From NCBI GenBank assembly GCA_038207335.1, contig JBBQZX010000022.1, forward strand, positions 31,109 to 95,108: a stretch of 64,000 nucleotides of DNA, read 5' to 3'. The notes under the pieces are model-generated. The model did not search any database, had not been told where the DNA came from, and saw only the letters and a program-made list of their open reading frames with translations. The translations under genes and the position numbers were made by a program. The first letter of the stretch is position 1, and each line of letters opens with the position of its first letter. Source of the DNA: Chthoniobacterales bacterium (lineage in GTDB: Bacteria; Verrucomicrobiota; Verrucomicrobiia; Chthoniobacterales; Chthoniobacteraceae). Positions 26,882 through 37,373 of the stretch are shown one piece after another.

Positions 26882-29554
26882 ATGGCTCCCGCGCTTCCCC
26901 CATCTTTGCAGAATAAACTGAGTGTTGCTTTCGCCGCCATGGCGGCGCTGATGCCGGTCTGGAGTGCGACCGGCGCGGACACCGTGGCGGCGCCGGTCTA
27001 TAACGTGCGGCTGCTCACGGACAGCACGCCGGACCTCACGGATGTGCCGAGCTATTTGCGTTCGATTACTTCGCAATACCAGACGCCGCAGGAGCAGGCC
27101 ATCGCGGTCTGGCGCTGGTCGCAGAGGATGCGGAAGCAGGCGTCGAACCCGGTGGAGAATGGCCACGAAGTGATGGACCTGATCACGCTTTTCAACAGCT
27201 TCGGCTACTGCAACTGCGGCATCGTTTCCGGCCTGAACAACACCATGTGGCTGAACATGGGGTGGAAGGCGCATTACGTGCAGCTCGGCGATCACACGGT
27301 TTGCGAGACTTCGTGGGACGAGGGGAAGACGTGGCACATGTTCGATGCGTCGATGAGCTTCTATTGCTTCAACGATGCAGGGCAGGTGGCCTCGGTGACG
27401 GAGATCGAAAAGAATCCGCGCTTCTATTTGGAAAACTTCGCGCCGGAGTGCGGGACGAATCCGGTGAAGGGCATCGACGATCAGCAAGGCTGGCGGCAGG
27501 CATCGGACCGGCCCGTGCGTTATCAGCGCACGCTGGCGAATGGCTGGGATTCTTTCAAAGCGCCGAACAGCATCACGGGCGGAAATCTCTACGCGCAATG
27601 GGGACAGCGCTTCGTGCTGAACCTGCGGCCCGGCGAGTATTACACGCGCAACTTCGGGCACATCGAGGCGGGGAAGGCGCCCACCTTTCGCCCGCTCAAA
27701 GACGGCAAGGACGTGGAGAATCAGCACGACCAGCAGGGCATCCGCGCGAACGGGATCTGGCACTATGCGCCAGACCTGCGCGGGCCTGGCGCGGCGGTGC
27801 TGGTGTATGACGCGAACGGCGTGAAATGGGGCGATCCGCGCAAAGGCTTCGCGGTGCGTGCAGCGGGCGAAGAGCCGGGCACGGTGGTCTTCCGCGTGGC
27901 GGCGGCAAATGTCGTGGCGTCGGCAAAGCTCGCGCTCACGGCGAGTCGCGAGACGGAGGAGGATGCGGTGTCAATCGAGGTCTCCACGACGGCGGGGATC
28001 ACGTATGCGCCGGCTTGGAAAAGCGAAGCAACCGGCGTCGCCATGCCAGCCGAGATCGATCTCACACCACTTGTCGCGGGCGCTTCGGAGTATCTCGTGA
28101 AGGTGCAGCTTTCCGGCAAGGGCGCGGGGCTGGAATCGGTCGCGATCGACACGCTCACGCAGATCAATCGCGCCTCGCTGCCGCGCCTGTCGCGCGGGCC
28201 GAACCGCGTGCAACTCACGCTCGGGCCGCAGGTCGAGACGGTGCAGTTTTCGCCATCCATCGTGGAGGGCAATCACAGCAAGACCGTCGCCGAGGAGCGC
28301 GCGCTCGATGTCGAAAAGGAGACCGGCTACTACAAGCCCACGCTGCGCCCGGCTGAGAACGGCACGCCCGGTTTTGCGACTTGGAAAATCACGACGCCTG
28401 CGCCGATCACGGGTGTCATTTACGGCGGCACCATTTGCGTGAAATCGCCGAACGACCGCGTGACACTGCTTCACTCGTGGGACGGAAAATCCTTCACCGC
28501 CGACTACGAAAAGACGACCGGCGACGAGCCTTTCGACCTCATGATCAATCGTCAGGTCGCGAGCGTCCCACCCGACACGCGCACGGCATTTCTCCGCTAC
28601 GAATTCGCCACCAAGGATCATCAGAAAAGCTACAGCGGCCCTGGCATTCAGATGGCGCGCATGACCGTCGAGCACGCCCCGCGCGTCTCGGGATTCACGC
28701 CGATCGAGGTCACCTATTGCTGGATCGAGCATCGCGCCGATGGCAACGTGGAGCGGCAGTTCACCGAGCTGGTGAAATCGCCCGCGCACGAATTCACCAT
28801 CAACGTCGGCGGCTTCCGCGATCCCACGATGAAATGGGTGCGGCTGAATCTCCAAGGCTCTCTGCCTGCCGACACGAAGACCATTTACGGTTACTCCGAC
28901 GGCATCGCCAAAGCCGACGCCACGCTGCCGCAGCGCGCGCTTTACCACTGGGGTGCGAACGTCGCCAAAGGCCGCAGCTACACTCTCACCGGACCGCAGA
29001 GCGACAAGAACCGCGACGCCGGAAACGACCTCACCGACGGCATCATCGCGCCGCCGGACGAAGATGTTTCCGAGAAATTCATGCCGACCAACGTCATGTT
29101 CGAAAAAGACGCCACCGCCGCAGCCACGCTGGATCTCGGCAGCGCGCAGAGCATCGCCGCCGTCCGCGTCCACGCCGGGCAGGAGCCGGGATTTCACCTC
29201 GCCTTTCCCGCCACGATTACGGTCGAAGCCTCGCTCGACGGCACCACCTTCACACAGGTCGGCAGCGCCACGCACAACCAAGTCTTCGACCCGCCCGCCG
29301 ACTTCCAGCCGTGGGAAAATGACGACTCCCCGCAGTATGCCGCGCTGCCCGCCGGCGGACGCCTCGCCTACGCTTACCGCGTCATTTTCGACAAGCCCGC
29401 GAACGCCCGCTACCTCCGCATCACCTGCGCCGCGCAACCCGGCTGGGGCCTGCTCCTCTCGGAAATTCAGGCTTTCGACAAAGTGACCGTGGACACCCAC
29501 GTCCCGCCTCTCGTCGTCCTGCCGCCCCTGCCCAAACAGTCGCGAAATCCGTGA
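26882..29554 (+). CDS. Large secreted protein: transglutaminase-like N-domain, beta-sandwich domains, C-terminal discoidin (F5/8C)-like domain
   Basis: GYCNCG, GDHTVCE and WHMFD give a candidate C-H-D triad. NVAKGRSYT..LTDG..LDLG..ARYLRI..LSEIQAF is the F5/8C pattern. Confidence 0.7.
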   Translation: MAPALPPSLQNKLSVAFAAMAALMPVWSATGADTVAAPVYNVRLLTDSTPDLTDVPSYLRSITSQYQTPQEQAIAVWRWSQRMRKQASNPVENGHEVMDLITLFNSFGYCNCGIVSGLNNTMWLNMGWKAHYVQLGDHTVCETSWDEGKTWHMFDASMSFYCFNDAGQVASVTEIEKNPRFYLENFAPECGTNPVKGIDDQQGWRQASDRPVRYQRTLANGWDSFKAPNSITGGNLYAQWGQRFVLNLRPGEYYTRNFGHIEAGKAPTFRPLKDGKDVENQHDQQGIRANGIWHYAPDLRGPGAAVLVYDANGVKWGDPRKGFAVRAAGEEPGTVVFRVAAANVVASAKLALTASRETEEDAVSIEVSTTAGITYAPAWKSEATGVAMPAEIDLTPLVAGASEYLVKVQLSGKGAGLESVAIDTLTQINRASLPRLSRGPNRVQLTLGPQVETVQFSPSIVEGNHSKTVAEERALDVEKETGYYKPTLRPAENGTPGFATWKITTPAPITGVIYGGTICVKSPNDRVTLLHSWDGKSFTADYEKTTGDEPFDLMINRQVASVPPDTRTAFLRYEFATKDHQKSYSGPGIQMARMTVEHAPRVSGFTPIEVTYCWIEHRADGNVERQFTELVKSPAHEFTINVGGFRDPTMKWVRLNLQGSLPADTKTIYGYSDGIAKADATLPQRALYHWGANVAKGRSYTLTGPQSDKNRDAGNDLTDGIIAPPDEDVSEKFMPTNVMFEKDATAAATLDLGSAQSIAAVRVHAGQEPGFHLAFPATITVEASLDGTTFTQVGSATHNQVFDPPADFQPWENDDSPQYAALPAGGRLAYAYRVIFDKPANARYLRITCAAQPGWGLLLSEIQAFDKVTVDTHVPPLVVLPPLPKQSRNP

Positions 29555-30738
29555 ACACTGAAGCACCCGCGCCGCCCGCGCGCCTCACTTCGCTCGATGC
29601 GTTTCGGGGCGCGATCATGCTGCTCATGGCGTCGGGCGGGCTCGGGTTGACGGAAATCGCGAGGCACTTCCCCGACAGCGCGGTGTGGCGCGCCGTTGGT
29701 TTCCACTGCGACCACGTCGAGTGGAGCGGCTGCGCGCTGTGGGACCTCATCCAGCCGGCGTTCATGTTCATGGTCGGCATCGCGCTGCCGTGGTCCGTCG
29801 CAAATCGCCAGGCGCGCGGCGAGACGTTCGCGCGAATGCTGGCCCACGCGGTGTGGCGCGCGGTGCTCCTCGTTCTTCTCGCCGTCTTCCTCACCTCCGC
29901 GTGGAGCAGGCAGACCGATTGGATCTTCCCAAATGTCCTCGCGCAAATCGGCCTCGGCTATCCGTTCCTCTTCCTGCTCGCCTTCACCGGCCCGCGCACG
30001 CCGTGGCTCGCGGCGTTCGGATTGCTCGCAGCCTACTGGCTCGCGTTCGCGCTGCATCCGCTGCCGCCGGCAGACTTCGACTGGAAATCCGTCGGCGTCC
30101 CCGCGGACTGGCCGCACCTCACCGGCTTCGCTGCACATTGGGAAAAGAACGCCAACTTTGCCTCCGCGTTCGATGGCTGGTTCCTGAACCTCTTCCCCCG
30201 CAGCAAGCCATTCGTCTTCAACTCCGGCGGTTACCAGACGCTGAATTTCATCCCCTCACTCGCCACGATGATCTTCGACCTCATCGCTGGCCGGCTACTA
30301 CGCAGCGATGTCCCCATGCGCGAAAAGCTCACGCGCCTCGTCGTCGCCGGCCTCGTGGGGCTCGCGCTCGGCGCGCTCATCGCGTGGGCCGGACTCTGCC
30401 CCATCGTGAAGCGCATCTGGACGCCGAGCTGGGTGATCTTCAGCGCTGGGTGGGTCACGCTCATGCTCGCCGCATTCGTCGCCGTGATCGACTGGCGCGG
30501 CTGGAAACGCTGGGCCTTTCCGCTGGTCGTCGTGGGCCTGAATCCAATCACGCTCTACTGCCTCTGGCAGCTCAGCAGCAGCTTCATCCGCCAGCAAATC
30601 CGCACGCATTTCGGCCAGGAAATATTCGCTGCATTCGGCGAGACATGGGCGCCGATGCTGGAACGCGGCTCGGTGCTCCTCATCCTTTGGCTCATCGTCT
30701 GGTGGATGGCTCGCCGCAGGATTTTCCTGCGAATCTAA
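29551..30738 (+). CDS. DUF5009 / HGSNAT(NagX)-like membrane acyltransferase-family protein
   Basis: RLTSLDAFRG, HVEWSG..WDLIQPAFMFMVG, PIVKRIWTPSW and GLNPI. Multi-TM, with a GTGA overlap with the upstream gene. Confidence 0.88.
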   Translation: MNTEAPAPPARLTSLDAFRGAIMLLMASGGLGLTEIARHFPDSAVWRAVGFHCDHVEWSGCALWDLIQPAFMFMVGIALPWSVANRQARGETFARMLAHAVWRAVLLVLLAVFLTSAWSRQTDWIFPNVLAQIGLGYPFLFLLAFTGPRTPWLAAFGLLAAYWLAFALHPLPPADFDWKSVGVPADWPHLTGFAAHWEKNANFASAFDGWFLNLFPRSKPFVFNSGGYQTLNFIPSLATMIFDLIAGRLLRSDVPMREKLTRLVVAGLVGLALGALIAWAGLCPIVKRIWTPSWVIFSAGWVTLMLAAFVAVIDWRGWKRWAFPLVVVGLNPITLYCLWQLSSSFIRQQIRTHFGQEIFAAFGETWAPMLERGSVLLILWLIVWWMARRRIFLRI

Positions 30739-30783
30739 AAGCTGCTGGATCGACCCACCCTCGCCCACCAGCAAGAGTATCCA

Positions 30784-33012
30784 ATGAAACGAACCACGGC
30801 ATTTCTGATCGCCGCGTGCGGATTGGCGTCCATTAGTCAGGCGACCGATTTGTCGCGCAATAGCAGCTTTGAGGAGGCAAAGGGCTCCGGCAACGCGCCC
30901 TTTGCCGATTGGGCGTTCTACGGCGGTTTTGAGCATGGCGACTACTCCATTGAGATCTCCGACGACGCCCACACGGGCCGGCACTCCTGTCAAATTACGT
31001 GTCGCAAGAAAGGACGCGCCGGCATCGCCGGCACGCAGATGTCACTCGCCGCCGGCACCGTGATCGATGTGTCCTGCTGGATCAAAGCCAGCGACGCCAG
31101 CAGCGGGCGGATATTTTTGAATTTGGAGGGCAGCCCAGGCGATGGCTGGGCCAGCAAAGACCTGAAGACCGGCACTTACGATTGGACGCGCTTCACCCAA
31201 CGCGCCGTCGTCCCGGCCAGCAAGGATGGCGCTCCGCAAACGATCAGCGTCCACCTCTATACCTCCTGCGAAGGCTCGATCTGGGTGGATGACTTTTCCA
31301 TCCAGACTCTCGATGCGAAAGACTTGGCGGCAGCACCTGCTGTTAAAAAGTTACCCGCGCAAATCGACGAGCCAGCCAATTCACCGGGGTATCGGGTGAA
31401 TGTCGTGTCGCCGCTGGAGAAGATCTTTCGCGAAGATGATTTTCTCGCCCAAACACAATCCATCGTGACTGTGGCTGCGGCCCGAAATGAATATGAATCG
31501 GTGCAGTTGGTGATCGAGGCGCCCTGGCGATCGGTGAAGATCGAACAGGTCCAGGTTTCTGAGATGAAGGGGCCGGACGGCGTTACGATTCCCGCCAGTG
31601 CGGCGAGATGGGATCGGGTGGGTTATATCGAAACGACCGTAACTCCGCCTTACTTCGCCGAGCGCGGCTTGGGAAGCTATCCCGATCCCCTGATGCCGGC
31701 AGGTCCGTTCGCCATCGAGAAGCTCTCTCGCGCCCCCATCTGGATTACCTTCAAGACTCCGAAGGAATGTCCGGCTGGCAATTACACGGGCTCGATCACC
31801 ATCACCCCCGAAGATCAAAAGCCAACGACTATTCCCGTCTTGTTGAAAGTGTGGGACTTTGCACTGAGTGATCAAACTCACCTGCGAACGCTAACGTGGC
31901 TGGGAAGCGGCAAACTTCGCGAATGGTATGGGTTCGATGGCTCGCCGGAGGATGAGCGAATGCAGAAGGACGCGCTTCGGAACTATCAAGACTGCTTGCT
32001 GGAACATCGTCTAGGTCCCGGCGGCGAAGTGGCCGACCGCGTGGAACCCGGCCAAGATGGGAAGTTCGATTTTCGGGAGGTGGACGACACCTTGCAGCGG
32101 TTGATCGGCAAGGGCATGAACGCATTCATCATGGGCACCGCCCCAAATCTCGCGCGCGAAAAGAAGACTGAATACACTCCCGAATTCACGCGCAAGTTCA
32201 CCGCGATGCTCAAAGCCTACGGTGACCACTTGCGCGAAAAAGACTGGCTGAACATGGCGTATGTTTATGTCTATGACGAAGCTCCAAAGTCGGCATGGCC
32301 GGAGGTTCGCAAGATCGCGCAGGCCATTCACGCTGCCGCCCCGCAGGCCCGCATCCTGCAATGCCTCAACGAACCGGAAGGCGTGCGTGAGTTGACAGGC
32401 TTTGCCGATGTCTTCGATGTCTATGTGCCTCACTATCACCGGGCGGGGGTCGCCCAATCGCAGGCCAAAGGAGCGGAGGTCTGGCTGGCCATCTGCTGCT
32501 ATCCCATGGAGCACCCTAACTTCTTCATCGAATACTCGCTGCTGGATATTCGCGTGAACCCATGGATCTGCTGGAAGTATCGAGCCACCGGGTTTGAATA
32601 CTGGTCCCCAAACTCGTGGGGAGCCAACGCGCAGAGAAAAGGAGACAAGTGGCCGAACTCGCCCTGGGTGGCCAATGCCTTCGGGAAGTATAACGGCGAC
32701 GGCTACCTCTTGTATCCGGGAGCGGAGGGAAAACCTTATAGCTCCATTCGTCTGGAGGCGTTGCGAGACGGCTTGGAGGACTACGAGTACCTTTGGATGC
32801 TTAACGATCTCCTCCAGCAAGCCGTGCAGCGGAAAATTGCCGGCCCCGCCGTGGATGCCGCGCGAGAGCTTCTCTCGCTCGATGGTCTCATCAAGGCAGC
32901 CGGTAGCTACTCGCCCCAAAGCGACCAATACCTCGCCCACCGCCACAAGCTGGCCGAGGCTATCGTCGCATTGAAGAAAACGGATCAGCCCACGGTTCCC
33001 GCCGCTCCATGA
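30784..33012 (+). CDS. Secreted GH123/DUF4091-like glycoside hydrolase with N-terminal CBM-like domain
   Basis: ARNEYESVQL, YPDPL, YVYDE, NGDGYLLYPG and SSIRLEALRDGLEDYEYL. The N-terminal NSSFE..GTYDW..WVDDFS is a CBM4/9-like pattern. Confidence 0.82.
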   Translation: MKRTTAFLIAACGLASISQATDLSRNSSFEEAKGSGNAPFADWAFYGGFEHGDYSIEISDDAHTGRHSCQITCRKKGRAGIAGTQMSLAAGTVIDVSCWIKASDASSGRIFLNLEGSPGDGWASKDLKTGTYDWTRFTQRAVVPASKDGAPQTISVHLYTSCEGSIWVDDFSIQTLDAKDLAAAPAVKKLPAQIDEPANSPGYRVNVVSPLEKIFREDDFLAQTQSIVTVAAARNEYESVQLVIEAPWRSVKIEQVQVSEMKGPDGVTIPASAARWDRVGYIETTVTPPYFAERGLGSYPDPLMPAGPFAIEKLSRAPIWITFKTPKECPAGNYTGSITITPEDQKPTTIPVLLKVWDFALSDQTHLRTLTWLGSGKLREWYGFDGSPEDERMQKDALRNYQDCLLEHRLGPGGEVADRVEPGQDGKFDFREVDDTLQRLIGKGMNAFIMGTAPNLAREKKTEYTPEFTRKFTAMLKAYGDHLREKDWLNMAYVYVYDEAPKSAWPEVRKIAQAIHAAAPQARILQCLNEPEGVRELTGFADVFDVYVPHYHRAGVAQSQAKGAEVWLAICCYPMEHPNFFIEYSLLDIRVNPWICWKYRATGFEYWSPNSWGANAQRKGDKWPNSPWVANAFGKYNGDGYLLYPGAEGKPYSSIRLEALRDGLEDYEYLWMLNDLLQQAVQRKIAGPAVDAARELLSLDGLIKAAGSYSPQSDQYLAHRHKLAEAIVALKKTDQPTVPAAP

Positions 33013-33071
33013 CATCACTTATCCTCATCGCCGTCTCATGCCTCGTCGCACTCCCGCTCCGCGCGGCGTAA
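33009..33071 (+). pseudogene. Signal-peptide-only stub (MTSLILIAVSCLVALPLRAA*)
   Basis: ATGA overlap with the upstream stop, a hydrophobic core plus L-R-A cleavage-like end, then an immediate stop. Confidence 0.5.
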
Positions 33072-33171
33072 CTACCAATGTCACGAGGTCTTAATTCTTG
33101 GGCATCCCAACGGCGTACGATGCGAGCGACTTCGCGTTATTCGGGCACGTCGCGGTTGCGCGGACGCGAAC

Positions 33172-34422
33172 TCAAGGCATCGCAAACGCGCGATCCCCGC
33201 GCGAGAGCTTCACGCCGGCTTCGGCGAGGCGTTGCTGGATTTCGGCGATGTGTTCGCGGTCGCGCGTTTCCACCGTGCAAAGGACGTGGACGCGGGATAA
33301 ATCCGGGCCGGCAAAGGTGCGGTTGTGGACGATCTCGGTGACGTTTGTTCCGGCGGCGGCGAGGACGGCGGATAGGTGCGCGAGGCCGCCGGGGCGGTCG
33401 CTGATCAGGGCGTCGAAACGATAGATGCGGCCATCCGCCGCGAGGCCGCGCTCGATGACCCGGCTGTGCGCGAGCGGGTCGATGTTTCCGCCGGTGAGAA
33501 GCATGACCACGCGGCGATCTTTGAGATCCGGCAGACTGCCTCCGAGCAGCGCAGCCAGGCCCGCGGCGCCAGCACCTTCGATGATGCACTTTTCCATCTC
33601 CGCGAGACGGAGCATGGCCAGCGCGAGATATTCCTCTCCCACCTGCACCATGCGCGGAGCCATCGCGCGGACGATGGCCAGCGGATGCCGGCCCGCCTCG
33701 GCGACGGCCAAGCCATCGGCGAGTGTGAATCGCGTCGCGACCCGGATCGGTGCCTCGGCGGACAAGCCGGCGGCAAAGCACGCGGCGTTCGCCGGCTCGA
33801 TGCCGATGATCTCCAAGCCGGGTTTCAGAGCGCGCAGCACCGTCGCCATACCGGCCAGCAAACCGCCGCCTCCGACCGGGATGAGGATCGCGTCCGCATC
33901 GGGAACTTGCTCAAGGATTTCAAAGGCCAGTGTGCCTTGACCGGCGATGACGTGCGGATCGTCGAAGGGGTGGATATAGGTCAGTTGGCGTTCGGTCGCG
34001 AGCCGGTCCGCTTCGTTCCGCGCCTCGTCGAAGGTATCGCCGTGCAAGACGACGGACGCTCCGAATTTGCGACAGCGCGCGACTTTTACCAGGGGCGCGA
34101 AACGCGGCATAACGACGGTCACGGGGATGCCGAGCGCGTGTCCATGCCAGGCGAGACCGAGCGCGTGGTTGCCAGCGGACGCGGCGATGACGCCGGCGCG
34201 CGTTTGCTCCGAAGTCAGGAGCGAGAGGGCATTGCGTGCGCCGCGCTCCTTGAAACTTCCCGTGCGCTGAAGGTGCTCTTGTTTACAGAAAATCTGCGCG
34301 CCGGTCAGCTCGCTCAGGGCCGCCGATTCCACACATGCGGTGCGCGCAATGGCGCCATTCAGCCGCGAGCGAGCGGCGACGATTTCAGCAAGCGAAACGA
34401 CGGGAGTGGATGGGGATTTCAT
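33172..34422 (-). CDS. ilvA: Threonine ammonia-lyase (single ACT domain form)
   Basis: KQEHLQRTGSFKERGA (PLP Lys), ASAGNHA, HPFDD, GGGGL, GGNID and ACT DRPGGL. Confidence 0.93.
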   Translation of the reverse strand: MKSPSTPVVSLAEIVAARSRLNGAIARTACVESAALSELTGAQIFCKQEHLQRTGSFKERGARNALSLLTSEQTRAGVIAASAGNHALGLAWHGHALGIPVTVVMPRFAPLVKVARCRKFGASVVLHGDTFDEARNEADRLATERQLTYIHPFDDPHVIAGQGTLAFEILEQVPDADAILIPVGGGGLLAGMATVLRALKPGLEIIGIEPANAACFAAGLSAEAPIRVATRFTLADGLAVAEAGRHPLAIVRAMAPRMVQVGEEYLALAMLRLAEMEKCIIEGAGAAGLAALLGGSLPDLKDRRVVMLLTGGNIDPLAHSRVIERGLAADGRIYRFDALISDRPGGLAHLSAVLAAAGTNVTEIVHNRTFAGPDLSRVHVLCTVETRDREHIAEIQQRLAEAGVKLSRGDRAFAMP

Positions 34423-34439
34423 AAGTAGGGTGCGGGCAT

Positions 34440-34469
34440 AAAAAAAGCCCTGAGCGGAAAACTCAGGGC
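34440..34469 (-). terminator. Intrinsic terminator (attenuator) upstream of ilvA
   Basis: The minus strand reads GCCCTGAG-TTTTCCG-CTCAGGGC-TTTTTTT, an 8-bp perfect stem plus U7. Confidence 0.9.
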
Positions 34470-34503
34470 GTCGGATGGAGAGCGGCTGTGGGTCAGCGCG
34501 CGT

Positions 34504-34575
34504 CTATCCCTGCCCCGGGGGGGAGCCAATAATGATTGCCATAATCAAGTTGGAGTGAGCAGAGGCAGGGCGCAT
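34504..34575 (-). CDS. Ile-rich leader peptide MRPASAHSNLIMAIIIGSPPGQG
   Basis: 23-codon ORF with ATT ATG GCA ATC ATT ATT, ending 35 nt before the terminator stem. Confidence 0.8.
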   Translation of the reverse strand: MRPASAHSNLIMAIIIGSPPGQG

Positions 34576-34584
34576 TTGGAGAGG

Positions 34585-34616
34585 CGCTCTATCCTTCACG
34601 AGTGGCTCTGTGTCAA
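34585..34616 (-). promoter_or_regulatory. Candidate sigma-70 promoter of the ilvA leader
   Basis: Perfect TTGACA at 34616-34611. The -10 region is only weakly matched. Confidence 0.4.
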
Positions 34617-35171
34617 GGATTTTACAGGTTTCGCCAAGCGAGACTCGCCGACGCTACTACATCGGACTTTTGTAAATTGGATAGCTCCGCGAAATCGGTT
34701 GGGAACTGCTCAAATGGCGCGCGAAGTTGATCCTCCGACTTTCCCGTCGCCGATGGGTTCGCGAGCTTGTCGTGTTCTTTGGGGCCAAATGTTGCGACGG
34801 CTCAGGCAACGGTGAGTTTTCGTTGGGCGCGGAGCTTGTCGGCGGCAAGCCAGCGCATTCCCTCGCCCGCAGGGAGGCGGGCGAAGTCACGGAACAATGC
34901 GGGAATATACGACGAATCATGGACAGCTTCCCCCCTTTCCACAAACGCATGCGGGAAAGCACGCCAGAGGCGTTGCGCTGCCGGCACCAAGCTACATGAC
35001 GATCGCTCCAGAAAGGCCGGCGCGCAGTCTTCGAATCAGGCAGCCGCGGTCTCGAGGTAATTGGTCAAAAGCTTTCGAAACATTACCGTAAGGTTCGCTA
35101 TGGATGTGACAATAGAATGATACGATTTCCGGCCCTCCCCGCCCGTAATTTCACCCCACCCGCCAATCTCC

Positions 35172-37209
35172 ATGACCACCACCACGCGCCGTTTTCCATC
35201 ACTCGCCGCCCGTCGCACTTGGACCCTCAGGCACGCTCCTCAGCGGCAGCGCCTCCACTTTTACAAATAAGGGCGCACTCGCGCTCAACGGCACCGCGGG
35301 CTTTGATCTCAAGGGCTTCAACGCGGCCTTCACCGGCATCACGGCCGTCGCTGGAACGACCATCACCAACAGCGGCAACTCAGACGTCACGCTGAGCGGA
35401 TCGAACTCCCCTGGGGCAATTTCCGCGCTGATCACGGACGGTCCGACCAACAAGCTCGGCATTAGCTTTGCCAATGGGAACTCGGGCACGACGTTTTTCA
35501 AATTGGGCAGCCCCAATACCTTTTCCGGCGGCGTCACTTTGCTGGATGGCAGTGCGGTGGGGGTGGGAACTCGTCTGAGGTTTGCGGGGGTGACATCATC
35601 AGTGCCGGGTCGCCTCGAGCCATCGTGAGCAGCCCGGTGGGCACCGGCCCGATTACCATCGGCATTGCGCCTACCGATCGCGCGGGATTGTTGTTCGACG
35701 TCACGGTGAACCGGACGCTGCTCAACGACATCGTTGTCAACACCGCCCTTGGCAACGACCAACCCGGCATCCGCGTGGATGCCAATTCGCCGAACACCAC
35801 GTTTGCCGGAAAGATCACAGCGAATCTCGCCAATGCGGTCTTTTCCAGCGCCGGGACGGTGAACCTCACCGGACAGGTGACGGGAGCTTTCGGTCTTCAG
35901 ACCAATAACTCGCTGATCGCGGTGACGCTCAACAACGCCGCCGACAATAACAACTACGCCGGCAACACGATCGCTGGCGCGACTTCCAGCATCACCCTCG
36001 GTCGGGCGATTCAGATCCCGAACGGTGTGTGCAAGGGGAACGTGGTCAGCGACGGTACGCTGAACCTCGGAGGCTTCAGCGAGACGATCAATGGGTTGAG
36101 CGGCACGGGGACCGTGGAGGGCGGCAGCGGCGCACCGACGCTGACGCTCGGTGACAACAATGCGAGCGGCGTCTTTTCGGGCATCATCAAAAACACAGCG
36201 GGCGCGCTCGCTCTCGTGAAAATCGGTAGCGGCACGCAGACCATCTCCGGCGCGAACACCTTCAGCGGCGGCACCACGGTGAGCGGCGGCGGCTTGATCA
36301 CGGGGGGGCTCGGCCTCAACGGCAACCTCTCCCTCGCGGCGACGACGACCTTTTCCTTTCAGCCGAAAGTGGCGGGCGCCCTGACGCTCGGCACCGGCGT
36401 ACTGACTTTGAACGGCAACACCGTCGGCACTGCGATCGGCGGAACGCTCAGCCAGTCGGCCGTCACCAACTCCGTCGCGGCGGTCGCGAACGGGGCGGTC
36501 ACGATCAATGTGCGCGGCATTCCCGCTTTCCAACTACACCGCCGGCACTGGCGGGCTCACGGTTTCCGCGGGCACCTTGAACGTGACGAACACGACCCTG
36601 GCGGCCGCGCAAACGTGGACCAACAACAGCGCCGCCACCGTCGGCTTGAATGCGGGTACGATCAACAATTCGAGCAACTTTCTGCTGACGGTTACAGGCA
36701 CGGGCAACTCACAAATTGCCGGTGGGCTTAACGACCCGGGTGCCCTGACCAAGACAGGCAACGGCACCTTGATCCTGTCCGGAACGAACAACTACTTCGG
36801 CATCACCACCGTCGGCGGCGGCAGCGTCACGGCCGCCGCCGGCGGCGTGCTGATCCTGTCCGGCACTAAAGCGGGAACCACCCGCAACGTGAATGTGGGC
36901 AATGGCGCGACCCTGCAACTCGAATTGGCAAATGCGCTGGGGATCGCCGGAGTGGTTAATTCCCAGCTCCAACTCTTCACCGGCTCCACGCTCCGCCTAC
37001 GCTCCGACTCCTCGCTTACGTTCAACGGCTCCGACGGGATCGGAGGGCTCAACGTCCCGACGATCGCCATCGACGTCAATCAACGCACCGGGGCGGGCAT
37101 CAACAAGGTGCTGACGATCTCCCCCGGGACGACCAGCTTCGGCAATTCGGTGACTTTCAACCGCGCTGTAATCAAGAATCAATTCCTCATCCTGGCTGCG
37201 TGGGGCTGA
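35172..37209 (+). pseudogene. Fragmented autotransporter-associated beta-strand repeat (adhesin-like) gene
   Basis: G/T/N-rich repeats LVKIGSGTQTISGANTFSGGTTVSGG and LTKTGNGTLILSGTNNYFGITTVGGG. Frame changes occur near 35200, 35590 and 36525, and there is no C-terminal sorting domain. Confidence 0.85.
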
Positions 37210-37373
37210 TCGCAGGTACCAGTCCCTGCGCACCACCGATCTGAAAAATTGGACGGATGTCAGCGAAAACGAAATGCTTCTGAGCGATCAGCAAATTATC
37301 TTCGAAGAGCCTGCACCCTCCGGAAGCGTGTTCTACTGCGTTCAGATTTTCCCGCCATGATCCATCTCCCATT

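Noticed and set aside
34727..34999. Possible AraC-type HTH remnant (TEQCG...FHKRMRESTPEALR)
   Set aside because: The resemblance is too weak to support without a profile search.
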